Shown here: positions 12,088 to 23,600 of the stretch, one piece after another
How the letters are laid out: each line of letters starts with the position of its first letter
Numbering within the stretch: position 1 is the stretch's first letter
Origin: Lama guanicoe
Taxonomy: Eukaryota
Reading direction: 5' to 3'
Length of the DNA: 64,000 nt
Assembly (NCBI GenBank): GCA_013239625.1
Contig: MU053629.1
Coordinates: forward strand, 833,567-897,566
Notes under the pieces: generated by a model
The model's input: the letters and a program-made list of their open reading frames with translations, nothing else
Told to the model about the DNA's origin: nothing
The model's database searches: none
Made by a program: the position numbers and the translations under genes

Positions 12088-12213
12088 TTTTTTGTGGAGG
12101 GGGCTGGAGGGGGTAATTAAGTTTTATTAATTTTTTTAATGGAGGTACTGGGTTTGAACCCAGGCCCTCGTGCCTGCTAAGCATGTGCTTTACCGCTGAA
12201 GTATGCCCTTCCC
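12088..12213 (-). mobile_element. tRNA-derived camelid SINE (Vic-1-like), more diverged
   Basis: GGTAATTAAG...AATGGAGGTACTGGGTTTGAACCCAGG...CTAAGCATGTGCTTTACCGCTGAAGTATGCCCTTCCC. Confidence 0.85.
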
Positions 12214-13249
12214 TCTAACTTAACTTTCTTACCAGAGATTTTATCTTTGAAAGCTGGGTATATGTACATAGAAAAAGAGAAGAAACGCATACACAAAACT
12301 ACTCACAACAGTCAACTTCTCAAGTCAACTTCTTCGTGCTTTTCTGCATCTTTCAAGCTCGCTGCAGTGAACACGCACTGATACAAAGCAGCCATCAAAG
12401 GAAACCACTGACGCCCCAGCTCAGGGTCTTAGAAAACATTTTTTATTTCATAGCTATTAATTGAGAGCCTATTCTTCCCATTTACACAGCTGTGTGATTC
12501 TGATCAGTGTTCATAATGCGATACTAATGACAGGGCACAAGTCTGAAATGCCGTTTGTAGCAAAGAGAAATTATAGACTATTCAGTTGGGTTTGAAGTTT
12601 GAGTTTATTTATTTATTTAATTGTTTTCCCTAATTCTCCAAAAATTGCTCATCTACATAGTAAATGCCCTGTAACTGGAACAGTGAACTCTTGCCCCCCA
12701 ACCCCCCAGGTCTTGGCAAAGGGCAAAGAGAACTTGGACCTCCCAACTCTTGCTGGTTCTCAAAGACCACACAGCCTGTCTGTGTGCTATGAACGATTTT
12801 CATTTTGACAGGCTTCCTCCCTTTTTTTTTTTTAGCACCGTCTAATTAAGCAATCAAGTTAATTGAGATTGATGGCTGGCTATTTAATAGGGATTAATAA
12901 CTTGCCAAAAATCCCTTGGGTTTGGAACCTAGCTCGGAGCAGCAGAAATGCTCCTTGGGGAAGTTGGAGACTGCATGGAGCCTCAGCCCTTGGGCCTCTC
13001 TGCCCACTTCTCCCCGCTTAGGCCTTCTGGAGGCAGCAGGATGCTGAGGGCAGGGAAGGTAGGCAAGGAAAATCTGCCAGGTTAGCCTGCCCTTCAACAC
13101 TGCTCCCTGAGCTGCGAGGCCCTCCAGCCCCTCTGCTGAGCGAGATGCCGCCCCCCACATCCAGGGGTTGGGTTCCCAGCTCATGGGGATGCTCCAGCAT
13201 CCCCTGGACTCCTGATGAGCACCAAGGGGCCACCCAGTCCTGACTGCTT

Positions 13250-13372
13250 GTGGGATATTTTAAAAATGCTGATGCCCCAGCCATACCCCAGAAATTTTGA
13301 TTTAATTCGTCTGGGCGATTGGGAGGCCCTGTTGGTAACAGCTCCCCAGGTGAATCTAATGTGCAGACATTG
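13250..13372. mobile_element. MER5-family hAT MITE fragment
   Basis: TTTTAAAAATGCTGATGCCCCAGCCATACCCCAGAAATTTTGATTTAATT...TAACAGCTCCCCAGGTGAATCTAATGTGCAG. Confidence 0.7.
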
Positions 13373-13520
13373 ATAATAAGATCCAAGTGTATTCGTCAGC
13401 GGGGTTGCTTGAAAGAAATTGAACCACAGCCACTGATAAACCACTGACTCCGAAGGGTTATCAGATGGAGGAGAAATAGGGCGATCAGAGCAGGACTTGA
13501 GATGCACCAAATAGCAGCCA

Positions 13521-13594
13521 CCTCTCTACCTCTCTCTCTCTCTCTCTCCTCCCCCCTCTCTCTCCCCCTCCCTCCCTCACTCTCCCTCTCTCTC
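13521..13594 (+). repeat. (CT)n-rich pyrimidine tract
   Basis: Directly visible. Confidence 0.9.
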
Positions 13595-14250
13595 ATCTGG
13601 TGTCTGTGGAAGGATTCTGGTTGTTTCTTCTCGCCCTCAGTGGAAAAAGCGTCAGTGACATGGATTTTTCTGTCCTTTTTTATCTGGACTGATCCCTTGG
13701 CTCGCTCAGCAGAAGCCTCAGCGAGGTGGGGCGCTTGTCTCAGTACACCACGGCCTGCCGGCCTGCTCAGGTAGATAGAAGGCTGCATCAGCCGCCGCCT
13801 GCCTCCCCTCCCCAGGTGGACGGGCTCTCCCCTCCCTTCCCACAGTCACTCAGCCTGCAGGTCTGACATGTGCACAGGAGCCAGATGCCAGGGAGCACCT
13901 GGGCCTGCCAGCCAGATGATGGTTCTAGTCTTAGGAGACCCTTCTCCTCCCTCCTTTCAAACATCAAAGGCTCCATAAAACCTAATTGTGGGGCTCTAGG
14001 GCAGGGACTTCTGGAACGAGGTGGGAGGCTGTGCCTGTCAAACTGAGTGGAACGAGAAAGCTCGAGTGCTTGTTGGTGGGGGGAAGCAAAGAAGCATCCT
14101 GAAAGGGAGAGGGGAGTGGGGAGAGGGAGGTTCCCTGGGAGTTTGGGGGGTTCTGAGAAGGGGTGCTAAGAGATCTTGGAGCAGCCTGCCTCCTACTCAT
14201 GAGCGGGTGGAAGCAGATGTGTGTGAGCCTACGGTTGCAAATGTTTTACA

Positions 14251-14385
14251 GGGGAGGGTATAGCTCAGTGGTAGAGTGCATGCCTAGCAAGCATGAGGTC
14301 CTGGGTTCAATCCCCTTTACCTCCACCGAAAGTAATAAATAAATAGGTAAACCTAATTACCTCCACTCTCCGAAAAAAAAAAGAC
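14251..14385 (+). mobile_element. tRNA-derived camelid SINE (Vic-1-like), near full length, with TSD
   Basis: GGGGAGGGTATAGCTCAGTGGTAGAGTGCATGCCTAGCAAGCATGAGGTCCTGGGTTCAATCCC...ACCTAATTACCTCC..A-tail. CAAATGTTTT at 14238-14247 and 14386-14395. Confidence 0.93.
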
Positions 14386-15831
14386 CAAATGTTTTGCTAT
14401 GCTTCTTGGATATAGATGTTTTTCAGGAGAAGACAGAATTTAAATTGCTTTTCAATTATATTGCATGTAGGACCAGTGTCACTTCTGAATGCAGCACCTT
14501 GTGAATGAAAGTTAAAGCTTAAACCAAGAGTCCCCAGTTTATTCTGGGATACGAATATCTACCAAGTGCAGGTGAGGATTGAACTGACAACATAGCAGAT
14601 GCCCGGCAGCACGGTGCCTGGCACAAAACGGGCAGCTGCTTGCTAAATTCGAGGGCCCCCTGCACCCTCCCGCATCCATCCTTCCCTAAGCTGATCCCAG
14701 AGAACCATGTTTTAGCCTAACTGCATGACACAGGCTGTGTCTCTTTAAGGGGTGACTGGAGGTTTTGTGGGCTCCTAGGAGATGGCTTCGGGTCAGCTGT
14801 GACCTGCTGGTGGGGGTACACTCGTACACAGGTGGCATTGCAGTGTGAGGCTTAGGGGCAGTTAACTCCAGGCACCGGCGTTCCCTGGGAAGTTCAGACT
14901 CTGGATGGCTTCCTCTGAGGTGTGGCTGTTCAGGTGACCTCTGTAGCCACCATCGGTCAGCCCACACTGTGTCTCTGTCCCTGCCTCGCTCTGGCTCTCC
15001 TTTCAGGCTGGGATCCAGCCCAGCCTGCAGGGTTTGGGGCTGTGGGAGGAAGTGGTGAGTTGCCGTTGGATGCTCCAAGATCAGTGTCTGTAATTTGGTC
15101 TGGAGAGACTGGCCATCCAGATGTAGGCAATTTTGACTTTGATGTGAGCAGAATTACAAAGAATCATAAAAAGAGCCTATGATTTGGGCTGAAACCCTGC
15201 CGAAGCCGTCTGGTCCTAGCCCTGGGTCTTTCTAAAAAGAAATCCTTGAGAAATCAAAACCCTTAACACCAGCTGGCAACAGCCTGTAGGACTGACCCCT
15301 GCTGGGCGCCTCAGCCTCATCCCCTACCCCTCCCCATGCCCCGGCACCCACAAATCCTGCCTCAGCGACTCAAACCGTCTAGCTCCTCCCTGCCACCCGC
15401 ACGCCACACAGTGCCTGTCCTGCCAGGAAGGCAATCCTCCCCTTGCCTGGCCAGGGCGCTCTTGTCTGGTTTCCTTTAAACAGCACTTCTCCAAGGAAGC
15501 GCCTCTGATCACCACCCTCCAGAGGAGTTTGGGGACTCTACTCTACTTGCTTGCAGCCTGCACCCCATCCCTCACAGCACTCACCACCTGTTTCGTTACA
15601 TCACCATTTGGGGGAGTTACTTCACCCCCTTCTCCCCTGTTAGACTGAATGTTCCATAAAGACAAGGGACCACAGCTGTCACGCTCACCTCTGTGTTTGC
15701 GAGCTGGTCTGGGGCACTTCGGTTAAGTTGACGAACGAATGAAGATGAGCTGGGCTGAGACATCTTGTGTTACACAGAGTGTGTGGCCACACAGCCCTGG
15801 ACAGGGATGGAGGTGGGAAACCTCCTTTTCT

Positions 15832-15982
15832 GAGGAGACTCCAGATTTTGTGAACCCTGAAGCTTGTATAATTTGGAGGCCTCTTTGAAGAAAAATGAAG
15901 TTGATAAAAACATGACGTGGGAGGCATGAAGAACCCTACAGCTTTGGCCTCGCGAGCTTCCTGGTAAACCCACCTCCCTCTG
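15832..15982. mobile_element. Old non-autonomous hAT (Tip100/ORSL-like) fragment
   Basis: GATTTTGTGAACCCTGAAGCTTGTATAATTTGGAGGCCTCTTTGAAGAAAAA...AGCTTCCTGGTAAACCCACCTC. Confidence 0.5.
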
Positions 15983-16539
15983 GCAGTCCGGTCTGAGGAT
16001 GACCACGGTGACTTCCACATCCTTCTGCAGATGCACAGCTTGGGGGCCTAAGGCACAGGCCTCCGTCCTCAGCGAAACCCCCTCTCCTCTTGCCCTTCCC
16101 TTTCCTGGGCCTCAGCCCTGTTGGTTAATTTGGGTCTGGAGAGAGTAGAGGTGCTGGGGTGAAGGACAAAAGCACAGAGTCACTGCAGGGAGCCCTGCAT
16201 TCCCCCCAGCCCCCAGCCTCATCTACCTAAAGTCGCTGCTGCCTTGAATCCTTTTCATGGGAGTAGAGATTTTCTGCACAGGCCTTCGGGGCCATCTCAG
16301 TGCTTCTGGAACAACCAGCCGCAGCTCTCTCCTCTCCTGTGCTCTGTGCGCTGCATGCCGGCCACCTCGGCCCCTCTGAATTTGCAGCTCAGTTTGGGGA
16401 GACCTCCCTGTCCTGTGGCCTGGAAACTCTCCACTTCTCTCACGGGTCGCTGTCCTGAGCTGCCTATTGTCCAGTATCTGAAGACCACTGTTTGCTATAC
16501 TTTGTCTGGCTGGTTATTTTTAAGCTGTTTAAAATGAGA

Positions 16540-17125
16540 GAATAAACTCAGTTCCTGTTGCTCTATTTTGGCCCAAAGTAAAAAATCCACATCATCCATT
16601 TTCAGGAAATTGTCTGCCAAATACAAGTGTAAAGAGCCAGAGTTTGTAGTCGGCCACTCTGTGCCGTCTAAACAGCATTCCACACACAAAAAAAGGGGCT
16701 GGTTCAGTTTGCGACTCACATCGTGGCACGAGTGCTTGTCCTGCAGACGATGACCAGGGAGTTGGGTACCAGGCACCGTACGTCCCATCTCATCACCCAG
16801 AATATTAAAAAGGCATCTACTCGAGGGCTGAGATTTAATACAATTAATAATTCCACTGCTTCATCAAGGACACTTCTAATTGTAACTGGCATTTTTCTTT
16901 CATTTTTTTCCCCTTGTTTTCTCTCTCTTTCTAATGAAGTTGATGCCTGGTGGTGCCATTTGGGGCCACAGGCTGGGTTCACTCTCAGGTGCCCGCCGTC
17001 ACACCCACCTCTGCTTTTGCACCAGCAGCATGAATGTCGTTACATAAACGGTTTGGGCCTCTTGGTTCCCCTGAAAGAGTCTCAGGGACCTCTTGAGGGC
17101 CTGCAGGACATCCTCTGAGAAGGGC
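16540..17125. mobile_element. hAT-Charlie (Charlie2-like) DNA transposon remnant; repeated at ~20290-20865
   Basis: AATATTAAAAAGGCATCTACTCGAGGGCTGAGATTTAATACAATTAATAATTCCACTGCTTCATCAAGGACACTTCTAA and a Charlie-like end CCCCTGAAAGAGTCTCAGGGACC..CTCTGAGAA. Confidence 0.55.
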
Positions 17126-18164
17126 TGAGTCAGGGGACCCCAAGTAACCCCCAAACCGTGGGCTTGTCAGACCTGGGACTCCCCGGAGAAGCAGCCTCAC
17201 TATGGATGGATATAGCTTCCTAGTCTGTATCTCATTTTCAAAAACGAGATTCCCCCAGCGTGAGCTCGGTGGCGTTTCTCTCCTCCCTGCTCTCTGTTTC
17301 GACCTCTGGAACCAGGACTTGGGTTCCCGCGTCAGCTGCTGTCACCATCCCTGAGCAGGCAGACCCCAGCCACTGCTCACGATCTCGGCTCCTTCCATCT
17401 GAGCAGGTTGATGGAGATATTAATAACAGCCAACCCTTGTTTCCTTATCCTGGACTAAGAAGTTGCGAACATTACCCGACACGTGCTGGAGTTTTCCTGA
17501 CGGACAGCAGGCTGAGCCCTTCTCTTCTCTACTGAGCCAGGTCCCGTCCCCGAGAACACAATGCAGAAGTCACCCCATCTCTTTCATGCTGCGCCTGACA
17601 GACGTGTGAGTGTGTGTGTGTTTTCCTTTGTCGGGTTTTAAAAAAATGTACCAAGTAATTCATTCTAGGAAGTAACAGGGGTATTTATTTTTCTTCTCTA
17701 TGTTTTCATTTCCTCTCGAAATGTGTTCAGTAGCAAAGAAAACAGCAAACTAAAAACTTTGTCAGGGGTGCTCTCGAAGCTGGTAGCTCTTTCCCCCACG
17801 CTTTTTGAGGAGAGGATGATCGTAGGCTACCTTTTACACTTATCAGATCTTTGTTGAAATGGAGCCATGTGTATATTGAATGAATGAATAAATCCAGACT
17901 CTCATTTAATTAATGCCCCAGAAGCCATTACAAGTGTTTGAAAAGAGCCCCCTTCATAGAGGGCAGGGGGCGGGGAATGAAGGTTTCCAGATGTGGAAGG
18001 ACCCAGGAGTACAGGAGAGACACTGGAAAGCCAGACTGGCCTTCTCATCACCCTCCCTTTCCCCACAGCCCCAGACTCCTTTTCCTGCATGTCATCCCTT
18101 AGTCACAGGGAGGTGGGTCCCCAGAAGCCATCAAAAAGGAAAAGCACTACCTCTGCTGAGGCTG

Positions 18165-18405
18165 GTGTGGCTGAGAGAGTGGATTCTTGAATCAAAGAGC
18201 CCTAGATTCAAATCCAGCCTCTGCCCTTCCTAGCTGAGTGCCCTTGAGAAAGTTACTTAACCCCTCTGAGCCTTTAATTCCTCACCTCTAAAAGGCATTA
18301 ATTAGTACTCAGCTCACCGGGTTGTGGTGAGAGTTATATATCATTTAGGTAAAGTGCAGACTGTACTGCCTACACGCTAAACCAGGGGCTAAGTTATTAC
18401 TCTGG
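18165..18405 (+). mobile_element. MIR SINE (repeated at ~21905-22145)
   Basis: CTAGATTCAAATCCAGCCTCTGCCCTTCCTAGCTGAGTGCCCTTGAGAAAGTTACTTAACCCCTCTGAGCCT. Confidence 0.85.
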
Positions 18406-18445
18406 TTGTCATAATGAGATCGAGCTTCTGGTAATTCTCCGGAAC

Positions 18446-18625
18446 CGTGGTTGGCAGACTACTGCTACAAGCCAGATCTCGCCTTTGGCCTGTTTTTATA
18501 TGGCTTGTGAGCCAAGAATGGTTTTTATACATTAAAGGAGTTGTAAAAAGAAGGAGGAAGGGAAGGAGGAGGAGAGACGACATTTACCATCTAGCCCATT
18601 AGAGAGGAAATTTGCCACCTCCTGC
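18446..18625. mobile_element. MER58 (MER58C-like) hAT MITE (repeated at ~22186-22365)
   Basis: GGTTGGCAGACTAC...GCCTGTTTTTATATGG..GAGCCAAGAATGGTTTTTATAC...ATTTACCATCTAGCCCATTAGAGAGGAAATTTGCCACCTCCTG. Confidence 0.75.
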
Positions 18626-19266
18626 TTTAGAAGCCCAAAAGGAGGAGCTCATTTCTGGATTATTGATGCCCGCCCCCACCACCAGTATCCTCCAAAATGA
18701 CCCAAATGTAATGTTTCCATCTAAGAATGGAGAAGTAAGAATCAGACCGGGTCACCTGTTCTGGGGAGCTCTCCGTAAATTCCCCAGGTCTGAGTGGTCT
18801 TCCCCTCCTGCAAATTTTTCCACCTTGTTCTATTCTGGGCACCTTCTCCTGTCCCCTCAAATAGGCATTCAGCTCCCGGAGGACAGGGACCATCTCTTAG
18901 TCCTCTGTGTCCGTGTAACCCCTTGTAGCATATTATCCTGATCATACTAGGGGCCCAGTAGTGCAGACTGTACTGCCTACACGCTAAACCAGGGGCTAAG
19001 TTATTACTCTGGTTGTCATAATGAGATCGAGCTTCTGGTAATTCTCCGGAACCGTGGTTGGCAGACTACTGCTACAAGCCAAATCTCGCCTTTGGCCTGT
19101 TTTTATATGGGTGGTTGGATTGGTGATTTAGCAGACACTCACAGACTGCCCACTTCCCTCATCCTCCTAAGCATTCAAAGTCTCTGTGCGTGGCAAGCAG
19201 ACAGCAACTCGGTACAAATGTTGATTTCTGGGGTCGCAAGGCAGCATGGCAAGTAGCAGGTGATTT

Positions 19267-20066
19267 NNNNNNNNNNNNNNNNNNNNNNNNNNNNNNNNNN
19301 NNNNNNNNNNNNNNNNNNNNNNNNNNNNNNNNNNNNNNNNNNNNNNNNNNNNNNNNNNNNNNNNNNNNNNNNNNNNNNNNNNNNNNNNNNNNNNNNNNNN
19401 NNNNNNNNNNNNNNNNNNNNNNNNNNNNNNNNNNNNNNNNNNNNNNNNNNNNNNNNNNNNNNNNNNNNNNNNNNNNNNNNNNNNNNNNNNNNNNNNNNNN
19501 NNNNNNNNNNNNNNNNNNNNNNNNNNNNNNNNNNNNNNNNNNNNNNNNNNNNNNNNNNNNNNNNNNNNNNNNNNNNNNNNNNNNNNNNNNNNNNNNNNNN
19601 NNNNNNNNNNNNNNNNNNNNNNNNNNNNNNNNNNNNNNNNNNNNNNNNNNNNNNNNNNNNNNNNNNNNNNNNNNNNNNNNNNNNNNNNNNNNNNNNNNNN
19701 NNNNNNNNNNNNNNNNNNNNNNNNNNNNNNNNNNNNNNNNNNNNNNNNNNNNNNNNNNNNNNNNNNNNNNNNNNNNNNNNNNNNNNNNNNNNNNNNNNNN
19801 NNNNNNNNNNNNNNNNNNNNNNNNNNNNNNNNNNNNNNNNNNNNNNNNNNNNNNNNNNNNNNNNNNNNNNNNNNNNNNNNNNNNNNNNNNNNNNNNNNNN
19901 NNNNNNNNNNNNNNNNNNNNNNNNNNNNNNNNNNNNNNNNNNNNNNNNNNNNNNNNNNNNNNNNNNNNNNNNNNNNNNNNNNNNNNNNNNNNNNNNNNNN
20001 NNNNNNNNNNNNNNNNNNNNNNNNNNNNNNNNNNNNNNNNNNNNNNNNNNNNNNNNNNNNNNNNNN
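19267..20066. other. Assembly gap, 800 N
   Basis: Run of N. Confidence 1.
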
Positions 20067-23006
20067 GCAGCTCTCTCCTCTCCTGTGCTCTGTGCGCTGC
20101 ATGCCGGCCACCTCGGCCCCTCTGAATTTGCAGCTCAGTTTGGGGAGACCTCCCTGTCCTGTGGCCTGGAAACTCTCCACTTCTCTCACGGGTCGCTGTC
20201 CTGAGCTGCCTATTGTCCAGTATCTGAAGACCACTGTTTGCTATACTTTGTCTGGCTGGTTATTTTTAAGCTGTTTAAAATGAGAGAATAAACTCAGTTC
20301 CTGTTGCTCTATTTTGGCCCAAAGTAAAAAATCCACATCATCCATTTTCAGGAAATTGTCTGCCAAATACAAGTGTAAAGAGCCAGAGTTTGTAGTCGGC
20401 CACTCTGTGCCGTCTAAACAGCATTCCACACACAAAAAAGCGGCTGGTTCAGTTTACGACTCACATCGTGGCACGAGTGCTTGTCCTGCAAACGATGACC
20501 AGGGAGTTGGGTACCGGGCACCGTACGTCCCATCTCATCACCCAGAATATTAAAAAGGCATCTACTCGAGGGCTGAGATTTAATACAATTAATAATTCCA
20601 CTGCTTCATCAAGGACACTTCTAATTGTAACTGGCATTTTTCTTTCATTTTTTTCCCCTTGTTTTCTCTCTCTTTCTAATGAAGTTGATGCCTGGTGGTG
20701 CCATTTGGGGCCACAGGCTGGGTTCACTCTCAGGTGCCCGCCGTCACACCCACCTCTGCTTTTGCACCAGTAGCATGAATGTCGTTACATAAACGGTTTG
20801 GGCCTCTTGGATCCCCTGAGTCTCAGGGACCTCTTGAGGGCCTGCAAGACATCCTCTGAGAAGGGCTGAGTCAGGGGACCCCAAGTAACCCCCAAACCGT
20901 GGGCTTGTCAGACCTGGGACTCCCCGGAGAAGCAGCCTCACTATGGATGGATATAGCTTCCTAGTCTGTATCTCATTTTCAAAAACGAGATTCCCCCAGC
21001 GTGAGCTTGGTGGCGTTTCTCTCCTCCCTGCTCTCTGTTTCGACCTCTGGAACCAGGACTTGGGTTCCCGCGTCAGCTGCTGTCACCATCCCTGAGCAGG
21101 CAGACCCCAGCCACTGCTCACGATCTCGGCTCCTTCCATCTGAGCAGGTTGATGGAGATATTAATAACAGCCAACCCTTGTTTCCTTATCCTGGACTAAG
21201 AAGTTGCGAACATTACCCGACACGTGCTGGAGTTTTCCTGACGGACAGCAGGCTGAGCCCTTCTCTTCTCTACTGAGCCAGGTCCCGTCCCCGAGAACAC
21301 AATGCAGAAGTCACCCCATCTCTTTCATGCTGCGCCTGACAGACGTGTGAGTGTGTGTGTGTTTTCCTTTGTCGGGTTTTAAAAAAATGTACCAAGTAAT
21401 TCATTCTAGGAAGTAACAGGGGTATTTATTTTTCTTCTCTATGTTTTCATTTCCTCTCGAAATGTGTTCAGTAGCAAAGAAAACAGCAAACTAAAAACTT
21501 TGTCAGGGGTGCTCTCAAAGCTGGTAGCTCTTTCCCCCACGCTTTTTGAGGAGAGGATGATCGTAGGCTACCTTTTACACTTATCAGATCTTTGTTGAAA
21601 TGGAGCCATGTGTATATTGAATGAATGAATAAATCCAGACTCTCATTTAATTAATGCCCCAGAAGCCATTACAAGTGTTTGAAAAGAGCCCCCTTCATAG
21701 AGGGCAGGGGGCGGGGAATGAAGGTTTCCAGATGTGGAAGGACCCAGGAGTACAGGAGAGACACTGGAAAGCCAGACTGGCCTTCTCATCACCCTCCCTT
21801 TCCCCACAGCCCCAGACTCCTTTTCCTGCATGTCATCCCTTAGTCACAGGGAGGTGGGTCCCCAGAAGCCATCAAAAAGGAAAAGCACTACCTCTGCTGA
21901 GGCTGGTGTGGCTGAGAGAGTGGATTCTTGAATCAAAGAGCCCTAGATTCAAATCCAGCCTCTGCCCTTCCTAGCTGAGTGCTCTTGAGAAAGTTACTTA
22001 AACTCTCTGAGCCTTAATTCCTCACCTCTAAAAGGCATTAATTAGTACTCAGCTCACCGGGTTGTGGTGAGAGTTATATATCATTTAGGTAAAGTGCAGA
22101 CTGTACTGCCTACACGCTAAACCAGGGGCTAAGTTATTACTCTGGTTGTCATAATGAGATCGAGCTTCTGGTAATTCTCCGGAACCGTGGTTGGCAGACT
22201 ACTGCTACAAGCCAGATCTCGCCTTTGGCCTGTTTTTATATGGCTTGTGAGCCAAGAATGGTTTTTATACATTAAAGGAGTTGTAAAAAGAAGGAGGAAG
22301 GGAAGAAGGAGGAGAGACGACATTTACCATCTAGCCCATTAGAGAGGAAATTTGCCACCTCCTGCTTTAGAAGCCCAAAAGGAGGAGCTCATTTCTGGAT
22401 TATTGATGCCCGCCCCCACCACCAGTATCCTCCAAAATGACCCAAATGTAATGTTTCCATCTAAGAATGGAGAAGTAAGAATCAGACCGGGTCACCTGTT
22501 CTGGGGAGCTCTCCGTAAATTCCCCAGGTCTGAGTGGTCTTCCCCTCCTGCAAATTTTTCCACCTTGTTCTATTCTGGGCACCTTCTCCTGTCCCCTCAA
22601 ATAGGCATTCAGCTCCCGGAGGACAGGGACCATCTCTTAGTCCTCTGTGTCCGTGTAACCCCTTGTAGCATATTATCCTGATCATACTAGGGGCCCAGTA
22701 GTGCAGACTGTACTGCCTACACGCTAAACCAGGGGCTAAGTTATTACTCTGGTTGTCATAATGAGATCGAGCTTCTGGTAATTCTCCGGAACCGTGGTTG
22801 GCAGACTACTGCTACAAGCCAAATCTCGCCTTTGGCCTGTTTTTATATGGGTGGTTGGATTGGTGATTTAGCAGACACTCACAGACTGCCCACTTCCCTC
22901 ATCCTCCTAAGCATTCAAAGTCTCTGTGCGTGGCAAGCAGACAGCAACTCGGTACAAATGTTGATTTCTGGGGTCGCAAGGCAGCATGGCAAGTAGCAGG
23001 TGATTT
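20067..23006 (+). repeat. Copy 2 of the ~2.94 kb direct duplication (starts exactly at the gap)
   Basis: Starts GCAGCTCTCTCCTCTCC (= 16321) and matches through GCAGGTGATTT (= 19266). Confidence 0.97.
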
Positions 23007-23409
23007 TTTGGTCTCTAATGAATGCTGTGCCCAGTTCCTACAAGACAGCTGATGCCCTGAACCAGCTGTTCCCTGGAGCTGGGCCCAGGCCCAGCCTGCC
23101 TATGAGCACTCTCCTTGATCACCAAAACCAGATCTGGGAGGCAGCCCTTGCTAGAAGTGGGGGCAGGCTGGGGTGGTCTTCAGGGGAAACAACCAAGGGA
23201 AATCTGGGCTCTGGGAGGCAGCGAGCATTGGGACACCCACCTAGTTACCACTGTGAATGGACAACCACGGATGGAGGGCTTTCAACAGGGTGTGCATCAC
23301 CTGCAGACGTGGGCAAAAACAGGACAAGTGATTTATTCATACTGTATTACAGTACGTGACAAGCTAATAGATCCTGTCTGAGACCTGGTGGCCAGCCTGT
23401 GCATGTCTG

Positions 23410-23600
23410 GTCTTGAGCTCTAAGCACTTCACGTGTATTATTTAATTTAAACCTCACACTGTCCTAAAAAAAAATGATCACCAAATTACAGGTGAGGAGA
23501 CCAAGGCTCAAGGCATGCCTCTGGCCATGTCATACAGTTGACTGGAGGCAGATAGATTGAAGGCAGATTTGCCCCCAAGTCTATCTGACCTCAAAGCTGG
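23410..23600 (-). mobile_element. MIR SINE
   Basis: CTAAGCACTTCACGTGTATTATTTAATTTAAACCTCAC...TTACAGGTGAGGAGACCAAGGCTCA. Confidence 0.75.

Larger units (their letters stand above)
16321..19266 (+). repeat. Copy 1 of a ~2.94 kb direct duplication (ends exactly at the gap)
   Basis: Nearly identical to 20067-23006. Confidence 0.97.

Noticed and set aside
14251..14325. tRNA-like sequence (also 7040-7118, 7994-8070, 12140-12213, 31530-31625)
   Set aside because: Has A/B boxes but continues into a SINE body and A-tail, several with TSDs; SINE heads, not tRNA genes.
19167..20234. ORFs of 311-355 aa
   Set aside because: Read through the 800-N gap (X residues).
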